From contig OY970309.1 of assembly GCA_963716395.1 (NCBI GenBank), positions 704,001-768,000 on the forward strand: DNA of 64,000 nt, written 5' to 3'. The notes beneath the pieces were generated by a model. It was not told the origin of the DNA, did not search any database, and worked only from the letters and a program-made list of their open reading frames with translations. This document shows, in pieces, positions 30,720 through 41,582 of this stretch (its first letter is position 1; the number at the start of each line of letters is the position of its first letter). This DNA comes from an uncultured Fibrobacteria bacterium (GTDB lineage Bacteria > Fibrobacterota > Fibrobacteria > UBA11236). The position numbers were made by a program, and so were the translations under genes.

Positions 30720-31841
30720 TCAGCGCAGTCGCGCCGCATGGTCCGCTTGCGCCAGCAAGCGCAAGGCGGAAGCAGCTTCTTCGCCGGTGCGGAACCCTAG
30801 CATCAGCACGCCCTCTTCGCCTTCGCGCACTTTGAGAATTTCGGCGTCGAGCACATTGACCCGGGCCTGCGCCAGGGGCGACAAAACCGCCAGCAAGGCG
30901 CCGGGCTGGTCCACGAGATCGACCAGAATTTCGGTGAGCGGCGCGGTGAAGCCTTTGCGCGGCGCGGTGAATTTGGCGCGCAGGGCGTTGGCCTCTTGAA
31001 AAAACTGCTCGCCGCCGTCTTTGGAAAGCGAAATCTCCAGCGCTTCGAGTTCGCGGCGAAAGGTGGGCAATATGAATTCGAGATTGCGCCGGTTGGTGCG
31101 CAGAATGGGTTCCCAAACCGCGAAGCTCGAAGCCGCCAGACGGGTCATATCGCGAAAGCCGCCGCCCGCCACCTGCAGCACGCTCGGCCAGGATTCGTCC
31201 GCGCCCACGTAGGCCGCCAGCGCCGTGGAGAGAAGTTGCGGCAGATGCGAGGCCAGGGCCGCGACCAGATCATGGTGTTGCGGATACAACCGCAAGGTGT
31301 GTGCGCCCAATCCCCGGATGAATTCTTCCAGGATTGTCAGCGCGGCTTGCGCCGACTCCGGGGCGTTTTGTTGCGGGCAGACGATCCAGGCGGCGTTCTC
31401 GAACAGATGCCCGTCGCGCGCGCGCAGGCCGGTTTTTTCCGAGCCGGCCATGGGATGCGACCCGATGAAGGTCGCGCCGCATTCGGGCGGAAAAGCGTCT
31501 TCACCCAGGGCGCAAATCGCCTCCTTGGTGCTGCCCACGTCGGCGATTACGGCACCGGCTTTGACCCGCGGCGGGTCGTCGGCAAAGTCGCGCAACAGGC
31601 CGAGAATGTGATCGATGGGCGTGCAGAAAAAAACGAAATCGCTGCGCTCCAGAGCCGCGCGCACCCGATCGTAGCCGAAGCCCTCGTCGATGAGGCCGGC
31701 GTTCAAAGCCTCACGCACCGCCGCGGGACCGGAAATCCCGAGCAGGCGCCAGCCGGGGTAACGCCGGCGTGTCGACTCGGCCAGGGAACCCCCGAGCAAC
31801 CCCAGGCCCACCACGGCCAAAGTGCGCGGCGCCGCGTTCAA
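30720..31841 (-). CDS. tyrA: Prephenate dehydrogenase with C-terminal ACT domain
   Basis: VGLGLLGGS, DVGSTK, HPMAGSEK, HD...ASHLPQ, GGGFRDMTRLA motifs; ACT segment DQPGAL. Confidence 0.92.
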   Translation of the reverse strand: MNAAPRTLAVVGLGLLGGSLAESTRRRYPGWRLLGISGPAAVREALNAGLIDEGFGYDRVRAALERSDFVFFCTPIDHILGLLRDFADDPPRVKAGAVIADVGSTKEAICALGEDAFPPECGATFIGSHPMAGSEKTGLRARDGHLFENAAWIVCPQQNAPESAQAALTILEEFIRGLGAHTLRLYPQHHDLVAALASHLPQLLSTALAAYVGADESWPSVLQVAGGGFRDMTRLAASSFAVWEPILRTNRRNLEFILPTFRRELEALEISLSKDGGEQFFQEANALRAKFTAPRKGFTAPLTEILVDLVDQPGALLAVLSPLAQARVNVLDAEILKVREGEEGVLMLGFRTGEEAASALRLLAQADHAARLR

Positions 31842-32098
31842 CCGGCATCCTCCAGCTTGCGGTGTTCTTCCATGATGCAGGCGAAAATCCGGCGCAGGGC
31901 GTCGTCGGGCAGGGGACCCCGGCCGTGTTGTACCACGTTTTCCAGCACGGCGCGTTCGCGCTGGGGATCATGGATCGGCAATCCCATCTCTTTTTTCAAG
32001 GCCGCGATGGCCAGCGCGCAGCGCGCGCGCTCGTGCAGCAATTCCACCAGTTTTTCGTTGAGGGCGTCAATGCGGCCGCGCCAGCCGTCCAAATCCAT
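31838..32098 (-). CDS. Chorismate mutase (AroQ/type II)
   Basis: [25 protein letters not shown]....K......DPQRE; TGATG overlap with trpA. Confidence 0.9.
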   Translation of the reverse strand: MDLDGWRGRIDALNEKLVELLHERARCALAIAALKKEMGLPIHDPQRERAVLENVVQHGRGPLPDDALRRIFACIMEEHRKLEDAG

Positions 32099-32928
32099 CA
32101 GGCCCGCTCCGTCCCGGCTGAGCTTGCCGAAGCCTTGGTCGGAGCCGCCAGCGACGCCGCCACGGCGCGCAGGTCCGCGAGCATTTCCGCAAACGGCTTG
32201 GGCTCCAAGGTGCGGCGGACCAAGGCCGAACCCACCACGGCGCCGTCGCAGAGGGCGCACACCGCGCGCACCTGATCGGGCGTGGAGATGCCGAAACCGA
32301 CCACCACCGGAATTGGTGAAGCGTGGCGCACGGCGGTCAGCTTCTCTTCCAAATCGGCCTGAAAGCCCTCGCGTTCGCCCGTGATGCCGGTGCGCGAGAT
32401 GTAGTACAGAAAGCCGTTGCCTTTTTCCAGAATGCGTTGCAGGCGCGCGGGCGTGGTGGTGGGCGCGGCCAGAAAGACGAGGCGCAATTCAAGATCGCGG
32501 CAGACGGCGGCCATGTCGTCGGCTTCTTCGACGGGCAAATCCACCAGCAGAAAACCGTCGGCGCCCGCGGCCTTGGCCCTTTCGGCAAAGGACCGCAACC
32601 CGTGCCGGTAAATGGGGTTCAAATACGAAAACACGACGATGGGCATTTGCGATTGGGCGCGGATGCGCCGCACCATGTCGAGATAGGCCGTGTCGGTGAC
32701 GCCGTTAACGAGCGCGCGGGCGGCGGCCAATTGGTTCACCGCGCCGTCGGCCATGGGATCGGAAAACGGGTAGCCCAGTTCCAATACGTCGGCACCGACC
32801 TTTTCCAACTCCAGCGCGATGCGCACGGTTTCGTCGCAGCCCGGCACGCCGGCGGCGATGTAGGGAATGAAGGCCTTCTGCCCCGCGGCGCGCAGGCGCG
32901 CAAAGGCGGCGTCGATGCGGTTGCTCAT
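32098..32928 (-). CDS. trpA: Tryptophan synthase alpha chain
   Basis: [33 protein letters not shown] and VVGSA motifs. Confidence 0.96.
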   Translation of the reverse strand: MSNRIDAAFARLRAAGQKAFIPYIAAGVPGCDETVRIALELEKVGADVLELGYPFSDPMADGAVNQLAAARALVNGVTDTAYLDMVRRIRAQSQMPIVVFSYLNPIYRHGLRSFAERAKAAGADGFLLVDLPVEEADDMAAVCRDLELRLVFLAAPTTTPARLQRILEKGNGFLYYISRTGITGEREGFQADLEEKLTAVRHASPIPVVVGFGISTPDQVRAVCALCDGAVVGSALVRRTLEPKPFAEMLADLRAVAASLAAPTKASASSAGTERA

Positions 32929-34181
32929 GCCTCCGCCCCTGAACCGGCGGAATGGGGAACCGCCGCCGCTCCCGGCCCCGCCGATTCCGGCGGAGCGGCG
33001 TTCATGACGGTTTGCAGGTCTTTGTCGCCGCGGCCCGAAAGGTTGACCACCATCAAGGTTTGGGGCGGCAGCGTCGGCGCCAGCTTCAGGGCGTGGGCCA
33101 CGGCATGCGCGCTTTCGAGCGCCGGAATGATGCCTTCGAGCCGGCACAGGGCGTGGAAGGCGTCGAGCGCTTCGCGATCGGTGGCCGAGGTGTATTCGAT
33201 GCGTTTGTGATCGCGGTAATAAGCGTGTTCCGGTCCGATGGAGGCGTAATCCAGCCCGGCCGAAATGCTGTGGGTTTCGGCGATTTGTCCCTGCGGAGTT
33301 TGCAGGACATAGCTGCGCGTTCCGTGCAGTACGCCGAGCACGCCGCCTTCGAAGCGGGCCGCGTGCCGGCCCGAAGCGATGCCTTCGCCTCCCGCCTCCA
33401 CGCCGATCAGGCGCACCGCCGGCCGGTCGAGAAAGTTCCAGAACAGACCGATGGAATTGCTGCCGCCGCCCACGCAAGCCACAAGCACGTCGGGCAGGCG
33501 GCCTTCGTGTTCGCGTAGTTGGGTTTCGGTTTCCTGTCCGATGATTTTCTGAAAGTTGCGCACGATGAGCGGATAGGGATGCGGTCCCAAGGCCGAACCG
33601 AAGACGTAATGGGTGCTGTGAATATTGGTGACCCAGTCGCGGATGGCTTCGTTGATGGCGTCTTTCAAAGTCATGGAGCCCGAATCCACCGGCACCACTT
33701 CGGCGCCCAGGATGCGCATGCGGTAGACATTGGGCGCCTGGCGCTCCATGTCGACCCGGCCCATGTAGATCACACATTCCATGCCGAAGCGGGCCGCGGC
33801 CGTGGCTGTGGCCACGCCGTGCTGGCCGGCGCCGGTTTCGGCGATGATGCGCCGCTTGCCCATGCGCCGGGCGATCAGCACCTGGCCCAGCGAGTTGTTG
33901 ATCTTGTGCGCGCCGGTATGGTTCAGGTCTTCACGCTTGAGATAGATCTTGGCGCCGGCGCATTTTTGCGTGAGCCGCGCGGCGAAGTAGAGCGGCGAGG
34001 GGCGGCCCACGAAATCGCGCAACAGACCGTTCAATTCATCGTGGAATTCCGCATCGCTTTCCAGGGTCCGGTAATACGCCTCCAACTCTTCGAGCGCGGG
34101 CATGAGAACTTCGGGCGCAAACTTGCCGCCATAAGGGCCGAACCGCCCCCAGGCATCGGGGAGAGCGTGAGGATTCATCAA
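32925..34181 (-). CDS. trpB: Tryptophan synthase beta chain
   Basis: [39 protein letters not shown] and NLSGRGDKD motifs. Confidence 0.97.
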   Translation of the reverse strand: MMNPHALPDAWGRFGPYGGKFAPEVLMPALEELEAYYRTLESDAEFHDELNGLLRDFVGRPSPLYFAARLTQKCAGAKIYLKREDLNHTGAHKINNSLGQVLIARRMGKRRIIAETGAGQHGVATATAAARFGMECVIYMGRVDMERQAPNVYRMRILGAEVVPVDSGSMTLKDAINEAIRDWVTNIHSTHYVFGSALGPHPYPLIVRNFQKIIGQETETQLREHEGRLPDVLVACVGGGSNSIGLFWNFLDRPAVRLIGVEAGGEGIASGRHAARFEGGVLGVLHGTRSYVLQTPQGQIAETHSISAGLDYASIGPEHAYYRDHKRIEYTSATDREALDAFHALCRLEGIIPALESAHAVAHALKLAPTLPPQTLMVVNLSGRGDKDLQTVMNAAPPESAGPGAAAVPHSAGSGAEA

Positions 34182-34546
34182 GCGCCCTCCTGTGAAAAAT
34201 TCTTAAGAATGACCTTGAGTTGCGGAATCACTTTGGGGAACTCGGCCGAGACAATGGCATGAACCACGTCCAGACGAACCGCGTCATAGCCGTGAATCAG
34301 CCGGTTGCGGGTGGAGACCGCTTCTTTCCAGGGCAACTGCGGATAGAAAGGACGATGCGCCAGAGGTACACGAGCTGCGGCTTCGCCGAATACCTCAATA
34401 CAACGCAAGAGCGCCAATTGGGTCACCCGATCGTTTTCCAATTCCGACAGAGATCGCCCCTTTAAAATGGAAACGGCTTCGCCCGCATATTGAAGCATAT
34501 CTTCGAAATGCCATAGGTTGCGGGTGGGGTCGGGATTATTCCCCAT
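34178..34546 (-). CDS. HEPN (DUF86/HepT-like) RNase toxin
   Basis: EVFGEAA, LPW and RNRLIHGY (RX4HXY) motifs. Confidence 0.9.
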   Translation of the reverse strand: MGNNPDPTRNLWHFEDMLQYAGEAVSILKGRSLSELENDRVTQLALLRCIEVFGEAAARVPLAHRPFYPQLPWKEAVSTRNRLIHGYDAVRLDVVHAIVSAEFPKVIPQLKVILKNFSQEGA

Positions 34547-34835
34547 AAACCAAGGCGGCCTTTGACAAGATTTCTGCCCGACGTGAAGGGCGAAAATCTT
34601 CTGGAGTGTAAAAATCGACTTTTCGTCCTAGAATGGGCTCGAGCTCTTCGTGCAAAGCGAACATGCTCCAACCCGGATGAATATGGGAATGAAACTCCGC
34701 CAACACATCCACGTCGCTTCCCGCCCCAAAATTTTCAGTCAAAACCGATCCATAGAGCCATAGCTTGTGGATCCCATGCTTCCGGCAAAACTCATTTAGT
34801 GCCTCTTGCGGCAGGTAAATGGGGTAGGTTGGCAT
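34536..34835 (-). CDS. Minimal nucleotidyltransferase (MntA-like antitoxin)
   Basis: GS-X10-DVD motif (GSVLTENFGAGSDVD) and LGRKVD; immediately upstream of the HEPN gene. Confidence 0.9.
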   Translation of the reverse strand: MPTYPIYLPQEALNEFCRKHGIHKLWLYGSVLTENFGAGSDVDVLAEFHSHIHPGWSMFALHEELEPILGRKVDFYTPEDFRPSRRAEILSKAALVYGE

Positions 34836-35190
34836 GCTTCCGCAAAAGTAGTTCTCGGGGATCGTGATCCCCATGCAATGCCAACCCGGCGGGACCCCAA
34901 AAACACGTGTCCCGGTTTTTTTAGAGGAGCGGACTCTCTGCAAAATAGCCGGGTCCGAAGATAGCGGAGAAATCGTGCGACGGTCAAAGCTTATACAGTT
35001 AGGGAACGCCCAGCATGCGTAGGCGGTAGAAATTGGACGCCTGGCGATCCCTATCGAAGCGGGCCGAATCTCCCCCAGGCGTCGGGAAGAGCGTGGGGGT
35101 TTATGATCGGAACCAAGTAACTTTTTGCGAATTCCCCTAAAAACCGGACCCGGCTGAAAGACCTCGCCATTACCTCATTCATGAGGTCGT

Positions 35191-36312
35191 ATGCCTTTCA
35201 CACGTTTTGCCTTTCACCTCCCATTCTCGTCCGCAGTACTCGGCATTGCCCTGTCGATGCTAGGCCTCTCCGCGGGCGCGCAGAGTTTGAATCCGACCGG
35301 TAACATTGCGATTCATGATCCTTCTTCCTTGGTTAAGGAAGGCGGTACCTATTACGTCTTTCAAACCGGAAATCTGATCCCGTGCAAAACCTCTCCGGAC
35401 ATGGTGCACTGGACCAACGCCGGTTCAGCGCTCTCTTCCCGGCCATCCTGGCAGGCTGCAACGGTTCCCAACAATGCGCCCGGTGATCTGTGGGCGCCGG
35501 ACATCAGTTACCGCAACGGCACCTATTGGCTGTATTATGCCGTCTCCTCCTCCGGCTCCCAGACCTCCGCCCTCGGTCTGGCCACACGGTCCTCCCTGGC
35601 CGCCGGCGCTTGGCAGGATCAGGGCGTGGTGATCACGTCCGCAACCTATTCGGTCAATGACAATGCCATCGATCCCAACAGCATCAGCGACGCCCAAGGC
35701 AACGTTTGGTTGGCCTGGGGTTCCTGGTGGAACGGGATTTTCCTCATCCCCGTGGATCCGCAAACCGGAAAACCGACCGCGTCTGCGCAACCCGTGAACC
35801 TCGCGGGACGAGGGGGAAAGGGAATCGAGGCGGCCTTCATCGTCTATGCACGCGGATACTACTACCTGTTCACTTCGTGGGATGTCTGCTGCCAGGGGAC
35901 GAGCAGCACGTATAACATGCGCTACGGCCGGGCGACCGAAGTGACCGGGCCCTATGTCGATACGGCCGGGCTGCCTTTGGTTTCGGGAGGGGGCACCCCG
36001 CTGAGCGACGGCTCCGGATTTCCCGGAGGGGGGCAATCCGTGTACGTTGAAAACGGGAACTATTACCTCATCTATCACGTTTATGACGGCCGCAATAATC
36101 CGGCCAGTTTGCAGATCCGCCATCTTTACTTTAACGCCCAAGCCTGGCCCACCTTCGACCCGGCCGCGGCGGTAAGCATTCAACCGCGTCCTTCATCGCA
36201 CCGACCCCTGTTGCTGTCAGGCACACACGAAAGTCCACCTGCGTTCTTCACCCCGACCGGCCGCAAGCTTCGGGATCCCGCGGGAACCTATTTCCTCCTG
36301 CCCGGAAAATAA
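35191..36312 (+). CDS. Secreted GH43 endo-arabinanase-like glycoside hydrolase
   Basis: IHDPS, LWAPDI, AIDP, WGSWWNGI, IEA, CCQG..STY and GPYVD..G motifs. Confidence 0.9.
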   Translation: MPFTRFAFHLPFSSAVLGIALSMLGLSAGAQSLNPTGNIAIHDPSSLVKEGGTYYVFQTGNLIPCKTSPDMVHWTNAGSALSSRPSWQAATVPNNAPGDLWAPDISYRNGTYWLYYAVSSSGSQTSALGLATRSSLAAGAWQDQGVVITSATYSVNDNAIDPNSISDAQGNVWLAWGSWWNGIFLIPVDPQTGKPTASAQPVNLAGRGGKGIEAAFIVYARGYYYLFTSWDVCCQGTSSTYNMRYGRATEVTGPYVDTAGLPLVSGGGTPLSDGSGFPGGGQSVYVENGNYYLIYHVYDGRNNPASLQIRHLYFNAQAWPTFDPAAAVSIQPRPSSHRPLLLSGTHESPPAFFTPTGRKLRDPAGTYFLLPGK

Positions 36313-36325
36313 AGGCGGCCTCGCA

Positions 36326-37285
36326 CTAGGGGAAATAGCCGGGTTCGAAAAAATCGGAGAAATCGCGCGCCTGGGAAACCCGAGGCAGCACCGGAACGCC
36401 CAGGATGCGTTCCACCGACTTGAGCAGGGAACCGTGATCGTATCGCACCTTACTGACATAGCCTTTTTTCACGTGTGCGCCGATCACCAAAAAGGGCAAT
36501 TTGGCCGTGACCGCCCCTTCGTCCCACGTGATGAAGATCACGCCTTCGTGGGCATGGCAATAAGCGATCAGCGGAGGGAGATTCGCCTTGAGCCACGCGT
36601 CGCCGGCCTGCACGTTGTCGGGATCCGGGCACCCGGCCGCTCCGTGCATGTCATGGCAAAGATTCGGCGTGAGGTAATTGTACGGCGCCCCCTTGTTGGC
36701 CGCGAGATCGCCGGCCAAATCCCGGTAGGGTTTGTGGTGTGCGGCGCAATAGGCGTTGGTCTGGGAGGGCGGGTGACCGGCCACGTCCTGGAAAAAAACG
36801 AAAGGATTGTGTTTCGGTTGGTAGAATCCCGCCGGCGAGGCGTCGACCGGACAGGCTCCCGAAACCGCATCCAGGCCTTCCTGGTACGACATCCACCCGA
36901 TGGGATGCTTGGCATGCCGGAGCTGGGTGACCAGATGCGCCGTACTGCGGGTGCTGTTCTTGGCCGAGGGCGGGGCGTCGTCGACAAAGGTGCGGTCGGG
37001 GAAAACATTGGTGCCGGCCTCCATCCACACATAATGCGGTTCGCTGGGAATGGGGAGAGGCAATTCATCGGTGAAATTGGAAGCGATGGCGTAATCGGGA
37101 ATGAGTTCTCCGTTGATATAAGGCGCACTCGTGGTGTTCCCGTAAATAAAAGGGACATGGGGCGCGGCGGAATCGGCATCGGTGTTTTCCATGACGATGA
37201 CAAAGATGGTTTTGATTTTCGCGGCGGCCGCGACGGTAAGGCCAGGGCTGAAGGCCAGGGCAAATAGGAAAAGTCGGATTTTCAT
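36326..37285 (-). CDS. Secreted phosphoesterase (acid phosphatase/phospholipase C-like family)
   Basis: IFVIVMEN, PSEPHY, KHNPF, PNLCHDMH, ITWDE and DHGSLL motifs. Confidence 0.85.
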   Translation of the reverse strand: MKIRLFLFALAFSPGLTVAAAAKIKTIFVIVMENTDADSAAPHVPFIYGNTTSAPYINGELIPDYAIASNFTDELPLPIPSEPHYVWMEAGTNVFPDRTFVDDAPPSAKNSTRSTAHLVTQLRHAKHPIGWMSYQEGLDAVSGACPVDASPAGFYQPKHNPFVFFQDVAGHPPSQTNAYCAAHHKPYRDLAGDLAANKGAPYNYLTPNLCHDMHGAAGCPDPDNVQAGDAWLKANLPPLIAYCHAHEGVIFITWDEGAVTAKLPFLVIGAHVKKGYVSKVRYDHGSLLKSVERILGVPVLPRVSQARDFSDFFEPGYFP

Positions 37286-37508
37286 GAGAACCTTTGGAAG
37301 GGGTTGGCCCGAAATAATAGGCGGTGAAAATTCCGCCTGACTTTGGAGTCCGATCGCCCCGGACTCGGGAACCCGCCGGCAAGGGTTTTCCGGCCCTGAC
37401 GCAGCCCAGAGACGGACGCATGACTTCCGCGTTCCACAAAATTGAAATGGCCCAAGGCTTGGGATTGTATCGCCTGGAGAATTTTTGGGGCCGTGGGTAT
37501 TAATATCG

Positions 37509-37532
37509 ATACATCGCGATTCATCGATGTAT
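37509..37532. promoter_or_regulatory. Palindromic operator upstream of metK (SahR-like)
   Basis: ATACATCG-N8-CGATGTAT with perfect arms, just upstream of an extended -10 (TGgTATATT, 37547-37555). Confidence 0.6.
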
Positions 37533-37564
37533 GCTTGGCAAAAAAGTGGTATATTACCTCGACC

Positions 37565-37586
37565 GCCGCCTGACGGCGGCTTTTTT
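37565..37586 (+). terminator. Terminator-like hairpin in the metK leader
   Basis: GCCGCC-TGAC-GGCGGC followed by T6, ending about 20 nt before the ATG. Confidence 0.45.
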
Positions 37587-37605
37587 CGGCATCAGGAGAC
37601 TCGCC

Positions 37606-38811
37606 ATGTCCAAACACCTTTTCACTTCCGAATCCGTATCCATGGGCCATCCCGACAAAATGGCCGATCAGATTTCCGATTCCATCCTCGACGCAATGAT
37701 CGCGCAAGACGCGAAAAGCCGCGTGGCCTGCGAGACGATGATCACCACCGGCCTGGTGGTGGTGGCCGGCGAAATCACCACCACGGCCAACATCGATTTC
37801 CAGCACACGGTGCGCGAAGCCGTGCGCCGCACGGGTTACGACGATGCGGCCAAGGGCTTCGATTACAAAACCTGCGGTGTAATGATCGCGCTCGACAAGC
37901 AAAGCCCCGACATTGCGCAGGGCGTATCCGAAGGCGAAGGCCTGTTCCGGGAGCAGGGCGCCGGCGATCAAGGCATGATGTTCGGCTTCGCCTGCGATGA
38001 AACCGAAGAGCTGATGCCCATGCCCATCCATCTGGCGCACCGCCTGATGGAACGCCTGGCCAAGCTGCGCGAGAGCGGCGCCTTGCCCTGGCTGCGCCCC
38101 GATTCGAAATCGCAGATGACCGTGGAATACGTCGACGGCAAACCCAAGCGCATCGACACCGTGGTGCTTTCGACCCAACATGACGAAAAGGTCGACCATA
38201 AAACCATCACCCGCGAAGTGGTGGAGCAATGCGTCAAGCAGGTCATCGACCCGAGCCTGCTCGACGCCGCCACCCGCTACTTCATCAATCCCACCGGCCG
38301 CTTCGTGGTCGGGGGTCCCATGGGCGACTGCGGACTGACGGGCCGCAAGATCATCGTCGACACCTACGGCGGCATGGGCCGCCACGGCGGCGGTGCCTTT
38401 TCGGGCAAGGACCCTTCCAAGGTCGACCGCAGCGCGGCGTATGCCGCGCGTTACGTGGCCAAAAACATCGTGGCTGCGGGGCTGGCCACGCGCTGCGAAG
38501 TGCAGGTGGCCTACGCCATCGGCTACCACCAACCGGTGTCGGTGTATGTCGAAACCTTCGGCACCGGCCGCGTCGCCCCCGAAGCCCTGGAAAAGCTGGT
38601 GCGCGAGCACTTCGATCTCACGCCGCGCGGCATCATCACCGCCCTGGATCTGCTCAAGCCCCGCTACCGCGAAACCGCGGTGCACGGGCATTTCGGCCGC
38701 AAGGGAGCGGCGTTCACCTGGGAACGCACCGATAAGGCCGCGGCGCTGCAATCCGCCGCCGCGCCGCACCTCAAAGCCGGCGTCAAGTTGCCGGAGCCGG
38801 TGCTGGTATGA
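37606..38811 (+). CDS. metK: S-adenosylmethionine synthetase
   Basis: FTSESVS.GHPDK, GAGDQG and [16 protein letters not shown] motifs; AGGAG RBS. Confidence 0.98.
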   Translation: MSKHLFTSESVSMGHPDKMADQISDSILDAMIAQDAKSRVACETMITTGLVVVAGEITTTANIDFQHTVREAVRRTGYDDAAKGFDYKTCGVMIALDKQSPDIAQGVSEGEGLFREQGAGDQGMMFGFACDETEELMPMPIHLAHRLMERLAKLRESGALPWLRPDSKSQMTVEYVDGKPKRIDTVVLSTQHDEKVDHKTITREVVEQCVKQVIDPSLLDAATRYFINPTGRFVVGGPMGDCGLTGRKIIVDTYGGMGRHGGGAFSGKDPSKVDRSAAYAARYVAKNIVAAGLATRCEVQVAYAIGYHQPVSVYVETFGTGRVAPEALEKLVREHFDLTPRGIITALDLLKPRYRETAVHGHFGRKGAAFTWERTDKAAALQSAAAPHLKAGVKLPEPVLV

Positions 38812-38935
38812 CCGGCTGGGCCGCCGTCCCGCCGGCAGTCGAGAGTTCCCTCCGCAAGACCGTAACCTTCAAGTAACACAAAATCCCGCCGCCTCGGCTC
38901 CGCCGACGTCGGCACGCGACCCGGAAAGGCCCGCC

Positions 38936-40378
38936 ATGACCACCACCGCCACCCCGAAGCCCGCCTCCACCAACGACTTCAAAGTCGCCGATCTCTCCTT
39001 GGCTGATTTCGGCCGCAAAGAAATCGACATCGCCGAAAAGGAAATGCCCGGACTCATGGCCGTGCGCGCGAAATACGGACCGCAAAAACCCTTGCGGGGT
39101 GTGCGCATCACGGGATCGCTGCATATGACCATCCAAACCGCGGTCCTCATCGAAACCCTGGTCGAACTCGGGGCCGACGTGCGCTGGGCCTCGTGCAACA
39201 TCTTCTCCACCCAGGACCACGCTGCGGCCGCCATCGCCGCGGCCGGCGTGCCGGTGTTCGCCTGGAAGGGCGAGTCGCTCGAGGAGTATTGGGACTGCAC
39301 CTTCAAGGCCTTATGTCATCCCGGCGCCGAAGGCCAAGCCCTCGGGCCGCAGCTCATCGTCGATGACGGCGGCGACGCGACCTTGCTGTTGCATTGGGGC
39401 GTGAAGGCCGAAAAAGATTCCGCCTTCCTCGACCGCAAGCCCGGCAGCGAGGAAGAAGGCGTCATTCTCGCCCTGCTCAAGAAAACCTTGCAAACCCATC
39501 CCGGCCTGTGGACCCGCTTCGTGCGCGACTGGAAAGGCGTGTCGGAAGAAACCACCACCGGCGTGCACCGCCTCTATCAAATGCTGCAAAAAGGCGAACT
39601 GCTGGTTCCCGCCATCAATGTCAACGACAGCGTGACCAAAAGCAAATTCGACAATCTTTACGGCTGCCGCGAATCGCTGGCCGACGGCATCAAGCGCGCC
39701 ACCGACGTCATGGTGGCGGGCAAAATCGTGGTCATCGCCGGCTACGGCGACGTGGGCAAGGGCTGCGCCCACAGCATGCGCAGCTATGGCGCGCGCGTAC
39801 TGGTCACCGAAATCGACCCCATCAACGCGCTGCAAGCCGCCATGGAAGGCTTCGAGGTCACCACCATGGAAGAGGCGGCCCGGGAGGGGAACCTCTTCGT
39901 CACCACCACCGGCAATGTCGATGTGATCACCGTGGCGCACATGCAGACCATGAAGGACGAAAGCATCATCTGCAACATCGGCCATTTCGACAGCGAAATC
40001 GACGTGGCGGGATTGCGCGGGCTGCCCGGCGTGAAGACCTTAAACATCAAGCCCCAGGTCGACAAATTCATGTTGCCCAACGGCCGCTGCCTGTATCTGC
40101 TCGCCGAGGGCCGGCTGGTGAATCTGGGCTGCGCCACGGGACATCCGAGTTTCGTGATGTCGAATTCGTTCACCAACCAGACCCTGGCGCAAATCGACTT
40201 GTGGACCAACCCCCGGCCCGTGGGCGTGTATACGTTGCCGAAAAAGCTCGACGAAGAAGTGGCGCGCCTGCATCTGGCCAAGCTCGGGGTCAAGCTGACC
40301 CGCCTCAGTCCCAAACAGGCCGAATACATCGGCGTGCCGGCGGACGGGCCGTATAAACCCGAGCATTACCGCTACTAG
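38936..40378 (+). CDS. ahcY: Adenosylhomocysteinase
   Basis: [43 protein letters not shown] and HYRY motifs. Confidence 0.98.
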   Translation: MTTTATPKPASTNDFKVADLSLADFGRKEIDIAEKEMPGLMAVRAKYGPQKPLRGVRITGSLHMTIQTAVLIETLVELGADVRWASCNIFSTQDHAAAAIAAAGVPVFAWKGESLEEYWDCTFKALCHPGAEGQALGPQLIVDDGGDATLLLHWGVKAEKDSAFLDRKPGSEEEGVILALLKKTLQTHPGLWTRFVRDWKGVSEETTTGVHRLYQMLQKGELLVPAINVNDSVTKSKFDNLYGCRESLADGIKRATDVMVAGKIVVIAGYGDVGKGCAHSMRSYGARVLVTEIDPINALQAAMEGFEVTTMEEAAREGNLFVTTTGNVDVITVAHMQTMKDESIICNIGHFDSEIDVAGLRGLPGVKTLNIKPQVDKFMLPNGRCLYLLAEGRLVNLGCATGHPSFVMSNSFTNQTLAQIDLWTNPRPVGVYTLPKKLDEEVARLHLAKLGVKLTRLSPKQAEYIGVPADGPYKPEHYRY

Positions 40379-40538
40379 AGGGGACAAGCCCCAAACATTG
40401 TCGCCGCTAGAAGGTATTGAGCGACCGAAAGACGTTGTGCAACGGTCCGCAACCCCATTGTAATTGATCGTTACAACGTCTTTTTGTGATTTTCTTTTTT
40501 TATAGCTTCCCAAGTTCCACCTTTCTTGGAAAGCCGCC

Positions 40539-41579
40539 ATGCGCCCCCATCCCTTTCTTTATTGCCTGGTGGCCGGCTTCGGATTGCTGGCGTGCAACCG
40601 GCATGCGGCGGATTCCGGCGAAGCCAAGGCCCGTGGCGGCGCGCCGGAAGCCCTTGCCGCCGTCGTTTTGAACGCCGCCACGGTCACTTCCAATGTCATC
40701 GCCACCGGCACCGTGCTGGCCGAACACCAGGTCGATGTGCAAACCGAAATTTCTGGCAAAGTGGTGCATATCGGATTTCCCGAAGGCGGGCATGTGGCGG
40801 CCGGGCAGGAGCTTGTCAAGCTGGACGATTCGGAACTGCGGGCACAATATGAGAAAGCCAAAGCGCAATTGCTGCTCGCCCAGGTGCAGGAAAAGCGGAT
40901 GCAGCCGCAATTCGAGGCCGGTGCCGTAAGCCAGCAGGACGTCGATCAGGCGCGTGCCCAACTGGAATCGGCCCAGGCCGATGCCGCGCTCATCAAAGCC
41001 CAATTGGATAAGTGTGAAATCCGGGCGCCGTTCGCCGGGGATGTGGGATTGCGGCTGGTGGAACTGGGATCGGTTTTACAACCCGGCACCAAGGTGACCA
41101 CCTTGCAGGATTTGCATTCCTTCCGGATCGAATTCTCCGTGCCCGAAGATCAGACGGCCGGAGTTCGGATCGGACTTCCAGTGAAATTCACGGTGACCGG
41201 GCGCAAAGACACCCTGAACGCCACCATCTTCGCCATCGAACCCGCTCTCGATCCCAGCACCCGCCTGATGACGGTGCGGGCCCGCTGTCCCGCCCCCAAG
41301 GGCGGATTGCGGCCGGGAGCCTTCGCCACAGTGGAAGTGCCGGTGCATGCGACCCAAGCGCTGTGGGTTCCGGCCCAGGGCGTGGTCGAAAGTTCGGCCG
41401 GAAGCCAGGTCTGGCTGGTGCGCGACGGAAAGGCGAAATTACAGGTCTTTCGTCCGGGTACGCGCACTCCCGAAGCCGTGGAGGCAGTACAAGGTTTGTC
41501 GGCCGGAGACACCGTGCTGGTATCCGGCCTGATGCAATTGCATCCGGGGATACCGGTCAAACCCAAAATCAATTCTTAA
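40539..41579 (+). CDS. RND efflux periplasmic adaptor (lipoprotein)
   Basis: LLAC lipobox, EG..V.AGQ.LVKLD, IRAPF.G, LRPGAFA and GL.AGD motifs. Confidence 0.92.
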   Translation: MRPHPFLYCLVAGFGLLACNRHAADSGEAKARGGAPEALAAVVLNAATVTSNVIATGTVLAEHQVDVQTEISGKVVHIGFPEGGHVAAGQELVKLDDSELRAQYEKAKAQLLLAQVQEKRMQPQFEAGAVSQQDVDQARAQLESAQADAALIKAQLDKCEIRAPFAGDVGLRLVELGSVLQPGTKVTTLQDLHSFRIEFSVPEDQTAGVRIGLPVKFTVTGRKDTLNATIFAIEPALDPSTRLMTVRARCPAPKGGLRPGAFATVEVPVHATQALWVPAQGVVESSAGSQVWLVRDGKAKLQVFRPGTRTPEAVEAVQGLSAGDTVLVSGLMQLHPGIPVKPKINS

Positions 41580-41582
41580 TCC

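Noticed and set aside
32098-33777. 559-aa ORF suggesting an extended TrpA
   Set aside because: The extension is an alternate frame of trpB. The real start is ATG 32928, overlapping the trpB stop.
37290-37605. SAM-I riboswitch upstream of metK
   Set aside because: No ATC-AGAG...GGCAACC...GTGC..GAT core is recognisable. An Rfam scan would be needed to exclude other classes.
38393-38935. N-terminal extension of AhcY, or an SAH riboswitch in the metK-ahcY gap
   Set aside because: The extension overlaps metK out of frame, and I could not find the SAH riboswitch core (GAGGAGCG..CAGGCTC).
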